Below are positions 22,040 through 33,986 of a stretch of DNA of 64,000 nt, piece by piece (position 1 is the first letter of the stretch; each line of letters begins with the position of its first letter). The stretch is taken from contig ML992506.1 of NCBI GenBank assembly GCA_010093995.1, forward strand, positions 692,551 to 756,550, written 5' to 3'. Made by a program: the position numbers and the translations under genes. The notes beneath the pieces were generated by a model. That model worked only from the letters and a program-made list of their open reading frames with translations, was not told where the DNA came from and ran no database searches. This DNA is from Elsinoe ampelina (taxonomy: Eukaryota).

Positions 22040-24279
22040 TCACCTCCCGCACAGCTTACACATCAAAGTCTTCATCGGCCCATCCTGCACGAACCAGCAA
22101 CACTGCGGACACACCTTCTTCCCACAAATACCGCAATGCAAAAACGTGTCGAACTTCTCGATCCCCTCTCCCTCCTTGCTCAAACTCCACAACTTCTCCA
22201 GCTTCTTGTCGATTCCTTCCTTCCCTCCATGTTCCATGCCTGCCATGTCGTACTTGAGCATGGTCTTCAGTCGTTCTTCTTCGCAACATAGTTTCCCACA
22301 GATGGTGCACTCGTGCTGATGGACGGCGCAGTGGAGCTTCTGGGCGTGCCAGTCGAAAGGGTGATTTGGGTGAGGTTTCGGGTTGGTTGGTTTGATGGTG
22401 AGCGCGGGGAGATTGAAGCGCTGGCGGGATGAGGTCATGTTGGATGATGTGAGGTTCTTGTTGATTGCCTCTTGATCGGAGCTTTCTAGCTTCTCGATGT
22501 GTGCGGATGACTTGTTGTTGGTCAGGTCCGTCTTGGATATGAGATTTGTACTGGATGTGTTGGTCTCGTCGATGGTCTCGAGCTTCTGTAGGTGTCTCTT
22601 GCGGTCTCTGCCGGCGGACCCGAATTTGCTGAAGCTGTTGCGGAGATCGGTGAAGGATGCGCGGCTTAGTCTGGATTTCTTGGGCTCTTTGGCCTCTGCA
22701 GCTCGTGGCTGTGACTCGTCGCTGTCTGAAGACCATGCGCTCTGGAGAGATTGAAGCGACGTATGGGAGAAAGCAGTACGGACGTATGATGATGTCGAGG
22801 TCGGTGATGGTGTTGATGCGTTGAGGCTCCCTATAAAGTCGACTGCTGGGGAGGCTATTTCCTCGTCTGGATCGGTGGGTGAGACGGGTGAACGGTTGAG
22901 AACACACTTGGAGTTGAGGAATGGATCCTTGGGATCAAGCGGTGAGACCTTGTAGTCGTCGTATAAAGATGATGCATCGTTTTCTTCATCTGTCGTAGGA
23001 TAGATGGTGTTGGGGGGCGTAAAGGTAGTTGTGATGGGTGTGACGGGCCCAGATAGAGAGGAAGAGGTGTGAGATGGTGCCTTGATAGGTCTTGGTATCT
23101 TCGATCTCTTGATCGTGTTTGAGGCAGGGAGCTCTGCTTTGCCTTTACCTTTGCTGTCAGAACCGACAGTCTTCTCGTCATGTGCGAACGCAGGGTGCGT
23201 TCCCAACACCTTCTCCAGCGCCGAAGGGTCGTCATGGCTCGGGATACCGAGCTCTCCAGTGGTCGTGTCGAATACGACATTGCGGCCGTTCCAGCGTCCA
23301 GATCCAGCTCCAGCAGGTCGAGCGGCGGCGGCAGGCAAAAAACGACTCGCTTGAGACTCACCTTGGGTATTCTGGGGACCCCTCCCCCTCTCTCCTCCTG
23401 AACTTCTGCCGGGGGACATCACCCCACCCGGCGCATCGCTCAGAGCGATCCCAAGACCGCCCCCCCTCTCCGCCCACCGAGCCATCTCAACTGGGCGGGG
23501 GACCGCCATATGCTCTTCAGAGGGCTTCGCAAAGCCCTCGGCCCCCCGAACCAAGTCGAGACTCCCAGTGGGGATCTCCACCCCCATCACCCCGGTGCTT
23601 CTCGACGCAAGAGGAGAGCCAGGCGCCAAGGCCCTCCCCTCCGTCATCCCACTGCTCCCTGCACTGGTGTTAGGTCCAGATTCAGGACAGGACAGATTGT
23701 AACATGTAGCAAAGAGTGAAGCAGACATCCAAGCACTGATCATATCCCTTCAAGAAGCCCTGCACATTGCAGGGCTCTTCATGGTGGTATATGACAGGCA
23801 AGCATGTTGATGAAGAAGTGCGCAAGGGATAGGGGTAAAGTGAGGATTAGAAATGGTGCTCATGTGAGGGAAATGTGCAGATGAAGTGTTTGGCAAAACA
23901 GGATAGCAAAACAGAGGAGAAAGTGAAGGAGCGGAAGACATACCCGTCGCAGGTGTGGCAGGAGGAGGAGGCCTGCCGTAAGTGAGGGACAAACCCTCGG
24001 CCCTCCTCCCCCACCTCCTTGCCAATGTCGCCGGTGTGCCCGAAGGCACCGAATACCGGGAGCTACCAGGGGTGCTCCCCGCCGACCCGGTCGTCATGGC
24101 CGGCGAGGTGCCCGCCACCCCAGTGCTCCCCAAAGACTGTTGTGAAGTCAGTGAAGTGAACTTGTACCGTTGAGGTGGAAACTCACATTGCTGGTCTGGA
24201 GCGACCCCACCAGATCTTGTACGTATGATGAGCGGTTTCCGCTCACCCTCGCATCGCGAGGCGTTCCAGGCGATGTCAT
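22040..24279 (-). CDS. Hypothetical disordered protein with C-terminal Cys/His (zinc-binding-like) domain
   Basis: Exons 24279-24187, 24136-23944, 23658-22040 join in frame via introns GTGAGT..CTGAC..CAG and GTATGT..CTAAC..CAG. C-terminus 'HCAVHQHECTICGKLCC...HCGICGKKVCPQCC...MCKLC'. Confidence 0.7.
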
Positions 24280-24747
24280 TTTGAAAATAATTTTGTTGTT
24301 GTGTAAAGAGGAAGAGGAGGTGAGAGATTTGAAATGAAGTGCACATGAGCAGCAGCTGCACGTGGCGACGTGGCAGAGAGGGAGCTAGGCGAAATGAGGT
24401 ATTACTGACTTGACATGTGAATGTGAGCTATACCTTTCTGGTCGACAGCGAGGGTCACCATACAGACGGAGCATCACATCGCGTACACTCAGAACGTCAG
24501 TATACGGTATACGAAGATAACGTTGGGGGGCTTCGAGTAGGGGCATAAGTAGTAAACGAAACGAGAAGTCTTCACTCGTGATATGAAACGTGTCTACTCA
24601 GCCGCTCACATATGCCGAACCATGACTGATGGATCGCCCGACTCCAGCAATGCACCTCCGCTAATCGCCTAGAGAAATTCACAATTGCAAGAAGCATCCC
24701 ATATAGACGCCAGGCCTTTGAGATGTGGTCGTACTGCGATCGCCTCC

Positions 24748-25350
24748 CTACGCTTTTGCGTATTCCTTAGTCCAATCCCGTGCCGTCTGTATCGCAGCGT
24801 TCTGATCTTCCTTCCACCTCTGTGCAACATCGTTCGCCAGCGGATCATCTGGATTTGGAGCACCCAGAAGAGCCTGGATGGATAGAAGAATGGTACGGAT
24901 CTGCAGTGCTGGTGACCAGTTGCCTGTTGTTCAATCAGCCAATATACTTTACGTAGAATGGCTTGCGTATCCACCTACTCTTCAAGACATCTAAACATAT
25001 TCTTCCCAGCCTGTCGATGTTGGGATGGTAGATCTTGGTGAGAAAGCGAATCTTGGGCGGTGTCATGGGGTAGTCGTCGGGTAGAAAAAGCTCGAGCTTG
25101 AAGACGCCACCTGCTGGCATCAGTATACGTAGCGGAACTGGATTTCGACATAGATCATACCTTCGTATGGAGACTGAGATGGGCCATCGATCTTGACGTC
25201 AAAGTATCTGAGGTTGTCTTCATGGGGCACGGCGTGGATGCCAGGCACTCTATCCGCCTGTCAGATAATTAAACGATGTCCGGTATGTGCGACCCACGGC
25301 TCAGCCATGAGGCGCTCCGTCTCTTTGATGATGCGCTTTGGTAGAGCCAT
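24748..25350 (-). CDS. UBC13: Ubiquitin-conjugating enzyme E2 Ubc13 (K63 chains), 4 exons
   Basis: [22 protein letters not shown]...NLRYFDV...[68 protein letters not shown]...PDDPLAND; stop TAG 24748-24750. Confidence 0.96.
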
Positions 25351-25874
25351 CTCGATCAATGTAGGGTGTGTCGTGTGAAGGGGTCGTCACTGGATACAGG
25401 GAGATCCTCGAGTGTTTCAGAGGCAGATCGCGAGGACTGTTCGAAGATGAAGTCGCAATACGAGTGTGATCTGGGCTTGTCGTTCTCCAGTTGTATGCAC
25501 CAGGTCCTGTGACTTTGAAATGCTTTATCAGCAAGATGATGGACAGATCGACGACTGCGGTCGGCGTTCCTGTCGGTGGATGACGTCCAAACGTCGACCC
25601 TCCCACTTCGAGCCTTGGCGCGGCTCCGCTCCGTCGACGGACACGTGCGCGATACATGCTGCTTTCGCATCTCACACGAACGACATCGAATGTTTCTAAT
25701 GCGCCCATAGCAACTGGCAGAATCCTAGTCCAGCCATTTCAATCGCTATGTCGCCTGTCAAGGCTTTACTGGACGTTGAGCACGAGCAGTGTGCTGTCGA
25801 CCAAAGCTCACAATTCCGTGCCAGTCTCCTGACGGCAGGTCTGGCAATAGACAGATGAATAAAAGCTCTTCGCC

Positions 25875-28800
25875 ATGATGATCACCGATGAAGTGGCACC
25901 AGATGCAACCTCGGCCTTTCAAAGTCCAACATTTGACCGAGATCTTAGTATCGATGTGCCCGACGCGATTGGCTCCGCCACCATTGCCCCGAGTGGACGC
26001 GATATAGCATTGGCATCAAAAGGTGGTCTACATATCATCGACCTTGACAACCCATTCTCGCCTCCTCGTCATATTTCTCATCAATCGCCCTGGACACCAG
26101 CCGACGTACAATGGTCGCCATTCGCGAGCAAGCCTTACTGGATCGTGAGCACTTCCAACCAAAGAGCCTTGGTATGGAACTTGGCCCTAAATACGACAAA
26201 AGCTCCAATAGAGTTCGTACTGCACGGCCATTACCGTGCGATCACGGATATCAACTTCTCTCCTTTTCACCCAGAATTGCTGGCCACATGTGCTGTGGAC
26301 GGATTTGTTCATACATGGGATCTTCGCATCCCGTCCAGACCCGCAACGAGCTTCAATGACTGGTTCGCTGGCGCCACCCAGGTGAAATGGAATAGAAAGG
26401 ACTCCCACATTGTCGCATCCTCGCATGATCGGTATCTTCGCATTTGGGACGACAGGAAAGGAGCAATTCCTCTGACCTCGATCGAGGCCCACAACACCAA
26501 GATCTACGGGGTGGACTGGAGTCGCTTCAACGAAAACAAAGTCATCACATGTTCATTGGACAGGACGATCAAGATCTGGGATTATTCCGTGTCTGACGAT
26601 CATCCAGAACGGATCATTCGTACGCCCTACCCAGTATGGCGAGCAAGACACACGCCCTTTGGAGAGGCTATCCTGGCTATGCCTCAGCGTGGCGATAGCA
26701 GACTTCACCTTTTTGATGCGCGGCCGGACCCATCTGCTCCGTACGAGGCCACGGTCGATCCCGTCTATTCCTTCAAAGGACACGACGACAGCGTCAAAGA
26801 ATTTCTCTGGCGAGCTCGAGGTACTGTCAATGATCAAATGGAGGATCATCGAGAGTTCCAGCTCGTCTCTTGGGGCGATGACCACAAATTGATTCTGCAC
26901 AAAATGAAGGACAAGCCTTATGAAGGCATCGGATTCAAGAAGGGCATCCGTCTGAACCGACAACTTCAACTATCTAGGAAGGGCAGTCAGTACATATCGT
27001 ATCACGAGCCCTCGTCTCGAGCTGCTAGTGGCGATATGAGCAGTTCGACCACCTGGCAAGAGCAGCAATCAACTAGACCACTTGGCGCCGGTGCACGAAA
27101 TGGCAACACGAACGTAGCAACGGCTACAATGACACGGCCTTCGGTTACGACCAGCTCGGCCGTAACTTCCACTACTATCATAACTTGGATGAAAGGTGTC
27201 AAGTTTGGGAAGGGATCCAAAGCAGGTCGCAGAAATGCAAGACGTTCTTTCCAGGTTTTGTCCAAATTCACTGGGACCCCAGCGCAGCGCGAGACATTGA
27301 GTGATGAGATCATACATGTCAGTGACATGTTCAAGAAGCTGTCTTTCGACGAGGTTGACGTCAAGTCTCGCCATGCTGTAATCTCTCTGAGTGGACCTTG
27401 GGGTTCTGACGACAAGCCGATTTTTATCAAATTAGGCATCTCGTTTCCACATGGATACCCTATCTCAATGTCCCCGATTTTCGATCTCAGTAAATCATCC
27501 GCCCTAGGCGATGAACGAATGGAAGCTCTAGAGAACGATCTTGGGAGGATCGCTCAGGCTCATCTCAGACAAGGTGCGGGCTGTCTTGAATCCATCCTAT
27601 ACTATCTTACTGGGGAGCATACGTTGAAGCAGAGTGTCGCTTGGCTTGACATGGAAGCTGATGGCTTGAAGATCAATGACAAAGCCGACAGCTCTAGTGA
27701 TGAGGAGGATCCATTGGGTAACTTCACGACCTCAGAGTCCCAAGTGCTCCCTGGTGAAGGGCCTGACTCTGCAGCACTCAGTGGTAATGCGAATGTACCA
27801 ATTCCCAAGGCCTGTGGCGCCATATGGGCCCCAGATGGTCGTTTGATCTGCTTCTTTCCGCCCAAGGCATTACCTCCTTCTCTGTTCGAGAAGATTCATC
27901 CCACAAAGGCGGCGAAAAGCAATTCTGATGTGATGCTAGAGGGTTTGGGGAGACTGCAGTCAGAGCACGAGAAGTCAAGGCCGCCTTCTCATGCCACACC
28001 TGAAGACTCACCCGAGGACACTGATTTCGATGATTCTTCCTCTGGCAGCTCAAGCAGCTCTTCAGAGTCTTCGGACGAGATTGGGTTTCCAGCATTCTCC
28101 ACAACTCTGTATCGCCGTAGAGGCTGGCAACGCTCATCTCTCAAGGACAAATTACGGACCGCATCGGTCGATGGATCTCAGCGTACAAGTGCAGGTCCCG
28201 CCAAATCACTAGGTGCTCCTAAGCCGAAGACGATCGTTTCTATTCAACTCCACGACGAAGTACTGCCTGCGAAGGTAGAACTGGCGGAACAATACATAAT
28301 CTTTGGAGACAGCACCACGGTCTGTCGTCATAACAATGATGTTGCCCTTCGGCATGGTGCCACGGGTATAGCAGAAATCTGGAGTCTGCTAGGCTTCGTT
28401 CTGGACAAACAAGTACCGCTCATATCTCTCATGCTAGATGGCCAAAGCAGCGCTCTCATCATGGCTAAGCGAGCACTCGTGCGTATCCAGCGGCAAGACA
28501 GCGGACTAGACTTGTCTTTCGACGAACCAGAGTCAGTCTCGCATCCGCATCTATGGGGTCAACTCAAGTGGGGCAACCACCCATTCAGCTCGGTCTGGCT
28601 TGTCGCTACAATCATTGACCACTTTGAGCGTCTCGCCGACGTCCAGATGCTCGCAATGCTATCGTGTGTATTGGCCGACGCGCCATCCGCGAGTCGACCA
28701 CTACCGTCTCCCGTCACATCCATGTGGCCAGGTCACACTATCCCATACTACCCTTCCGAAGACACAGCCCTCTTCACGTCCCACCCACGCATCACACTCT

Positions 28801-29864
28801 CCTCCTCCCACGCATCCTCAGACGGCCACTCCCACAACCTCTACGGCTCACACCCCTCCTCCGACGGCTTCGACCACGCCCCACCCCGCACCTCCTCCGA
28901 CCTCCCCACCCCGCTCTCCACCGCTTCTACCCCACCCACCCTGTCCCGCCAACCCTCCGCCCGCGCCTCCCTCGCCGCCTCCCTCTCCGTCTCCCCCGAC
29001 GCCAAACCCACCCCGATCTCCACCCAACCCTCCTTCGCAAGCAGCATGTGGTCGCGCCCCTTCCAACTCTCCTCCTCTCCACCATCTCGTATTCGCCACT
29101 CCACCTCGGGCGACGAGAACCTCGCTTCCTCCCTCGCTTCGTCAGGCGGCATCACATGGGGCCCAATCACAGTGCACGGGAGCAACGCCACTATGCGCCG
29201 CGCGTTCATGCGTGACGAGGAGAGTAGTTCGGAGGAAGACGACGATCCGCAGACACCCGAGGAGGGAAGCGTCAAGGTGTTGCTGAAGAACAGCATGGCG
29301 TTTGACGAGGAAGGGGCGGGGGACGTGGGGCTCTTGAGTCCGGAGCTGCAAGGGCGGGCGAGAGGATGGAGGGAAGCATACGCCGCGTTGTTGGAGAGTT
29401 GGGGACTGGGTGTCGCGGCGGCGGAGGTGAGGAAGTTTAATACTGGGGGTGGGGTGTGGGAGGGGCTGGAGGGGAGGATGGATAGGGAGAGGGTGTTTGA
29501 TGACGCGATGAGTCAGGTTACGATGGTGGGGGATCGGGAGGTGGCGGAGTCGGGGAAGGAGGTGGGTAAGGGGTTGGTGGTGGGCAAGTGTTGCGAGAGA
29601 TGTGGGTTTGTGGATGACGGGGGCAAGGAGGGGAGGTGTGCGAGGTGTGGTGCGAGGAGGAGGGTGTTGGGGTGTGGGGTTTGTTGTGAGCCGGTGAGGG
29701 GGTTGCATAAGGCTTGTTTTGGTTGTGGGCATGTGGCGCATATGAAGTGCTTTTCGGGATTGGATTGGGTGAGGGAAGAGGGTGGGATGGGGGATGGGGG
29801 GTTGTGTGAGGTGGGTTGTGGTTGTGAGTGTATGGCGTTTGGGGTGCTGCAGCTTGAGGAGTGA
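25875..29864 (+). CDS. MTC5: GATOR2/SEA complex subunit WDR59/Sea3/Mtc5 (WD40 + RWD + C-terminal Zn/RING)
   Basis: WD40 repeats ('LHGHYRAITDINF', 'AHNTKIYGVDW', 'YPVWRARHTPFG'), RWD-like 'GPWG...FPHGYP', 'ADVQMLAMLSCV', C-terminal 'CGVC...CFGCGHVAH..C...CEVGCGCEC'. Confidence 0.92.
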   Translation: MMITDEVAPDATSAFQSPTFDRDLSIDVPDAIGSATIAPSGRDIALASKGGLHIIDLDNPFSPPRHISHQSPWTPADVQWSPFASKPYWIVSTSNQRALVWNLALNTTKAPIEFVLHGHYRAITDINFSPFHPELLATCAVDGFVHTWDLRIPSRPATSFNDWFAGATQVKWNRKDSHIVASSHDRYLRIWDDRKGAIPLTSIEAHNTKIYGVDWSRFNENKVITCSLDRTIKIWDYSVSDDHPERIIRTPYPVWRARHTPFGEAILAMPQRGDSRLHLFDARPDPSAPYEATVDPVYSFKGHDDSVKEFLWRARGTVNDQMEDHREFQLVSWGDDHKLILHKMKDKPYEGIGFKKGIRLNRQLQLSRKGSQYISYHEPSSRAASGDMSSSTTWQEQQSTRPLGAGARNGNTNVATATMTRPSVTTSSAVTSTTIITWMKGVKFGKGSKAGRRNARRSFQVLSKFTGTPAQRETLSDEIIHVSDMFKKLSFDEVDVKSRHAVISLSGPWGSDDKPIFIKLGISFPHGYPISMSPIFDLSKSSALGDERMEALENDLGRIAQAHLRQGAGCLESILYYLTGEHTLKQSVAWLDMEADGLKINDKADSSSDEEDPLGNFTTSESQVLPGEGPDSAALSGNANVPIPKACGAIWAPDGRLICFFPPKALPPSLFEKIHPTKAAKSNSDVMLEGLGRLQSEHEKSRPPSHATPEDSPEDTDFDDSSSGSSSSSSESSDEIGFPAFSTTLYRRRGWQRSSLKDKLRTASVDGSQRTSAGPAKSLGAPKPKTIVSIQLHDEVLPAKVELAEQYIIFGDSTTVCRHNNDVALRHGATGIAEIWSLLGFVLDKQVPLISLMLDGQSSALIMAKRALVRIQRQDSGLDLSFDEPESVSHPHLWGQLKWGNHPFSSVWLVATIIDHFERLADVQMLAMLSCVLADAPSASRPLPSPVTSMWPGHTIPYYPSEDTALFTSHPRITLSSSHASSDGHSHNLYGSHPSSDGFDHAPPRTSSDLPTPLSTASTPPTLSRQPSARASLAASLSVSPDAKPTPISTQPSFASSMWSRPFQLSSSPPSRIRHSTSGDENLASSLASSGGITWGPITVHGSNATMRRAFMRDEESSSEEDDDPQTPEEGSVKVLLKNSMAFDEEGAGDVGLLSPELQGRARGWREAYAALLESWGLGVAAAEVRKFNTGGGVWEGLEGRMDRERVFDDAMSQVTMVGDREVAESGKEVGKGLVVGKCCERCGFVDDGGKEGRCARCGARRRVLGCGVCCEPVRGLHKACFGCGHVAHMKCFSGLDWVREEGGMGDGGLCEVGCGCECMAFGVLQLEE

Positions 29865-30098
29865 GATGGGAGGAGGAATGATACCCGATGAAATGGTTGA
29901 GACATTAGTGTACATTGGGCCTGGTACGGCTTTACTGGATTTTGCTAATCGATCCCTTTCGATCCTTTCCGACCTGAGTCGTGGGCGGTGCATCTGGACG
30001 TCCCTCTACTGAGTGGTTTTGTGAGTTGGGGATTACCTCCAGAAAGCATGTTGTACATGGCAATGCTGTCGCTGTGCGGCCCACCGCTCGCGTAGCAG

Positions 30099-30875
30099 CT
30101 ACTTGTTCTTCGGTGTCCTCTTCCCGATATTCCATCCCCATCCCCTCAAAGTCTTTACCACCTTCGGCGTCACCGCAGCGGTGAGCGGCACTCGAATGAA
30201 GATGAATGATTTGTGAATCGCATACGCCAGCGCCAGTTGCGTCCATAGAGCTGCTCATATCAGTACATGTCCTGTGATGCCCAACCGTGGGACCAGATAC
30301 TCACATGCATTATCCCCCTTATTGGCTTCCTGCGCCTTCTCCACGCCCCAACCCTCCCTCATCTTCCCATCCTCCTCCTCTCCTATCGCTTTCCCCTTGT
30401 CGATCCAATCCGGCACGACCCACTCCACCGTCCGCCAGAATGCTGACACGACCGCGTGCTCGATGTGTCCGATGCGTTCTGTGCCCACCAGCCGGACAGT
30501 GAGAAAGCAGAACGGAAAGTCTGCCGCTGATAGCAGAAGGTATACGCCCAGTGCTGACCAGCCGTATTCACGCGAGAGCTTACGCATGCGGGCGCTGAGG
30601 GAGGTGGGTTCAGGGGATCCTAGATGAGGGGTTGGGTTCGGGGTCGTGGGCTTTTGTGAAGTGTAATGCCGCTTTGTGCGAAGGTTGCGGAGGAGAAAAG
30701 AGGGTCGTTGTGATCGCCATGAGGGGAGTGAGTGCCATCGCTGCGCTGAGGGACTATTCGTGTGAAGCGCTCGAGGCCGGGGGATGCGATTTGGGGACTG
30801 GAATGCGCGGGATAGCTGCTGTATGGTCCTCGGGGACAGCAGTGATCGCGTGACTGATGAGTAAAGGGCGGACAT
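30099..30875 (-). CDS. NAT2: Mitochondrial DUF1279 protein (yeast Nat2 / FAM210-like)
   Basis: 'RMRKLSREYGWSALGVYLLLSAADFPFCFL'; after a GTGAGT..CTGAT..CAG intron, 'SLWTQLALAYAIHKSFIFIRVPLTAAVTPKVVKTLRGWGWNIG'; targeting-peptide-like N-terminus. Confidence 0.88.
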
Positions 30876-33632
30876 GCCGATGCTTGCGACACGTTGTGAG
30901 CTTGTGGAGACCGTTTTGATAGGGTAGGTATGCGCTGAAGTCAAGAGCTCGGATTGTCAGACGCTGAAGCCTTGATGTGAAGGTCAAAAAGTTTAAGCAT
31001 ACCTGAAAGAGGTTAGGGCTGCAACCGGGGTCGGACGCTGATGGCACCGGTCCTCCGAGGGAACTTGGGAAGCGGCACTGAGCAGCCCCACCCTTGGCAG
31101 CATTGCGCAACACCGGTCGAGCTTCGGTCTATCCGTACGTACTGCACGGAGAATTAATGTCTCAACCTTATATGTATAGACTCTAACAGACAAGCCGTTG
31201 CAAGCGAATCTAGCTGCCGATCCGGACCTCAATTTGGTCACACGAAGCTTGTTTTTGAGTCTTGAGCCGCGTCTGAGTGACCTTTCAGTGATTCAGTCAG
31301 AGAGATAGGCTTCTTGCGAGCCGTCAAAGCTCCACAGATGCTTCAATGCCCTCACACACCTTACCCTTGGAAACGTGCGTGGTCCTTCCACGTCGCTCTG
31401 CTGTTGCGAGGCTGAACCTTATCGGACTGCTTACTCCTATTAGCCACCCTTCTCGAGGGGCATAGAGTGCGCGGTCCGTAGCCTACCATGGAATGACTGC
31501 AGCTTGGCCTTCTCAATATAAGACGAACGTAAAGTCAACTCTAAAAGCCCCACGACCCCTGGGTAAAGAATGGATAAGCGATCGTCGGTATCCAATCCCC
31601 AAGGACTGCGATCACCTTGCTGCAGTAAGCGTGATGATTGCCCGGCGCCAGAGAATTGCGTGTCGTGTTGTCCCGGTATGCACTTGATGTCTCAGAAGTG
31701 TAAAGGCAATGGAGGCTACCTCGCTATGCTGATTGTGAGGTTACGTTGAGATTACGAAACAACGATCCTGACGGAGCTCACACCTGCCCTAGAGTCTCGC
31801 TTGCAGGAAGCTCAAGCTCTGAAAGCGTCTCAGCAAGATTATGGACGATCTCCCACGAGTACAGTAGTGAGACCTGGGGAAGCATATAGCTGCAGACGGT
31901 CACTTGGCAACGGGAACGGGTAATGTCAGAAATGGTACATGAAGCAAATCTCGACCAGTTTCCCTCGCGTGCTGGTGGGTTCATTTGACACGTGCCAATA
32001 GTCCAAATAAGTCTCCGAATTGTTGAAGAAGTTCCCGGGCAAACGGTAGTATTCAATAATCAGTAAGTTGATGCTGCCCAAGTCGAGGGTGTAGTCTTCC
32101 CAAAGGATGTCGTTTGCGCAAAGTGGGACAGATCTGCTGCATCCTCCAGGCTTGGGACAGCCATAGTCAAGAAGCCGCAACCATGTTCCTTAGAGATCGC
32201 AATGCCGAAAGGACCGATTGCTGCATATCAACCGCATAGCCCTGACCACTGTTGGACAAAGGTGAGCTAGCCTTGACGTGAGAGAGTGCCGTTCTGCGAG
32301 CAAATTGGACTATTTGGACCAGCGTATGAACGAGACCAGGAATCGATGCTTTGACGCTGTGGTTGGGAAATACATGCCGCCTTTCCTCGGCATCGGCCTT
32401 CACTCCGGCGGTCAATCCAGTGGTCAGAAGCCGTATGGTCTATCAATTCATGAGTTTCCTGTTGGCCAGGTTATGAGATGTGCATATTTGCTGGTCAGGC
32501 GAGCAGTATGCCAGAGCTATGGTAGGTAAGCAGATGCTGCTGCTCGACCGTTACCGCTATGACCGACCGATTGTAAGGCCTCAAACGTCAGATCAATCTT
32601 GACAAACCTTTTGTGATCTTGTGCGGAGAACGAGGCCGTGACGGTTGATACGTCCGTACAGGGACGTTGCAATCCCTCACGACTTCCCTGCGTACGCAAT
32701 GGGGACAGAAGCAGGGCGTTGGGTTCGCTTGCGAGGTAATTTGACAGCTCGTTCTTGACGGGCATTGTCAATAATGGTGAAGTGACAGCAAGAAATCAAA
32801 GTGACGACCCACGCTGGAAAGATGCCGGCCCGCAGAAACCGCGCTAGAACACTTTTGGCGTCAAAGCTCAGATCTACACCGTCGCCATGCATCCGCCCAT
32901 GACTCAATCTTCGTCTTCCTGTCATCTCTCGCCAAGTCGATCACATCCAGAAATGCATGCGCCATGATTCACTCTGCGGCAGGAGACGTTGTTTCCCAAT
33001 GCAAGCAAGATGTCGCTGCCACCGGTCGAGAGCTCACGGCCGGCTGCCGGCTCTTCAGGAGACCGCGAAACTTCATCGTTGGCACCGATGCGCGTCCCGT
33101 GTTCGGTGCCAGTATGCCGCAGGGCAAGATTCCAACGGTTCTGCATTGGATAGACTTTCTCCAGATCGAGGCACTCATAGCCCTATCATTCCAACGTCCA
33201 CAATTTTGCGTTTGGCGCGACCCGCTGGCCACGAGCCAACGAGAGCCGACCCCACGGAAGATTAACGAGCGGCGTGGGACTCGGTGGCGTGGTAGTACAT
33301 CGTTTCCTTCCCACAGTCTCTGTACCGGCCCTTGTCCGCCAAGCGTCTGTGGGTGGCCGATAGAGGTCAAGACGTACCTTCCTGTAACGCTACGTTGGCG
33401 GTGGAACATACACAAACTTTAGTCGGTCATTCCAGCTGCACATTCAAGTATTCTCATTCGTCCACGTCTGAGGTCCTCTTTTTCCCAGTGCAGCTCAACA
33501 AGCCACAGCTAAGATTGTCCCCAAAAATTTAGCTCACATCGATTGATACCGCCTGCACGGTCAGACCACACATATCACCGCGCCGCCCGAATCTCCCAGA
33601 TCAACCAAGCATATATTACTGCCAACATCCCA

Positions 33633-33986
33633 ATGGCAACAATGACTGAGTTTCCAGTCGCAGACATTCTCTCGCTGGCTTCCCTCAGCATGGGACCACG
33701 TCAAGACCCGGAACGACTACTATCAAATCTTACCATCCAGTTGGCGCTCGAAATTGCTCGGAACTCGGATGCCGATGTCGATCCCACCGTCTGGAGATTT
33801 CTCGAGGGTCAAGTGACAGACCTGTGGTCGCGGATTCAGACCCATCCCGGCTCCTATGTCATGACCAAAGACGAGTTTGCCCTCTTCAACTACTTCATCT
33901 ATCGATTCAACAACTCCGACCTCACGGAAAAGGCAATTGCTCGTTTCTGGCAACATCACCATAGGCATGACAGCGCCAGTGGCTGA
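33633..33986 (+). CDS. Small (117 aa) hypothetical fungal protein
   Basis: Intact ORF with protein-like composition: 'LTIQLALEIARNS...DPTVWRFLE...LWSRIQTHPGSYVMTKDEFALFNYF..RF...ARFW'. Recalled as resembling a family of uncharacterised ascomycete proteins. Confidence 0.7.
   Translation: MATMTEFPVADILSLASLSMGPRQDPERLLSNLTIQLALEIARNSDADVDPTVWRFLEGQVTDLWSRIQTHPGSYVMTKDEFALFNYFIYRFNNSDLTEKAIARFWQHHHRHDSASG

Noticed and set aside
25748..25878. Upstream ORFs before WDR59/MTC5, one overlapping the start as ATGA
   Set aside because: TSS unknown in a short bidirectional promoter, so it cannot be shown that they are transcribed.
32720..32771. 'NELSNYLASEP' resembling a hAT transposase dimerisation motif
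   Set aside because: The following WW...YP.L...A and S...ER.FS motifs are absent, and no terminal inverted repeats were found.
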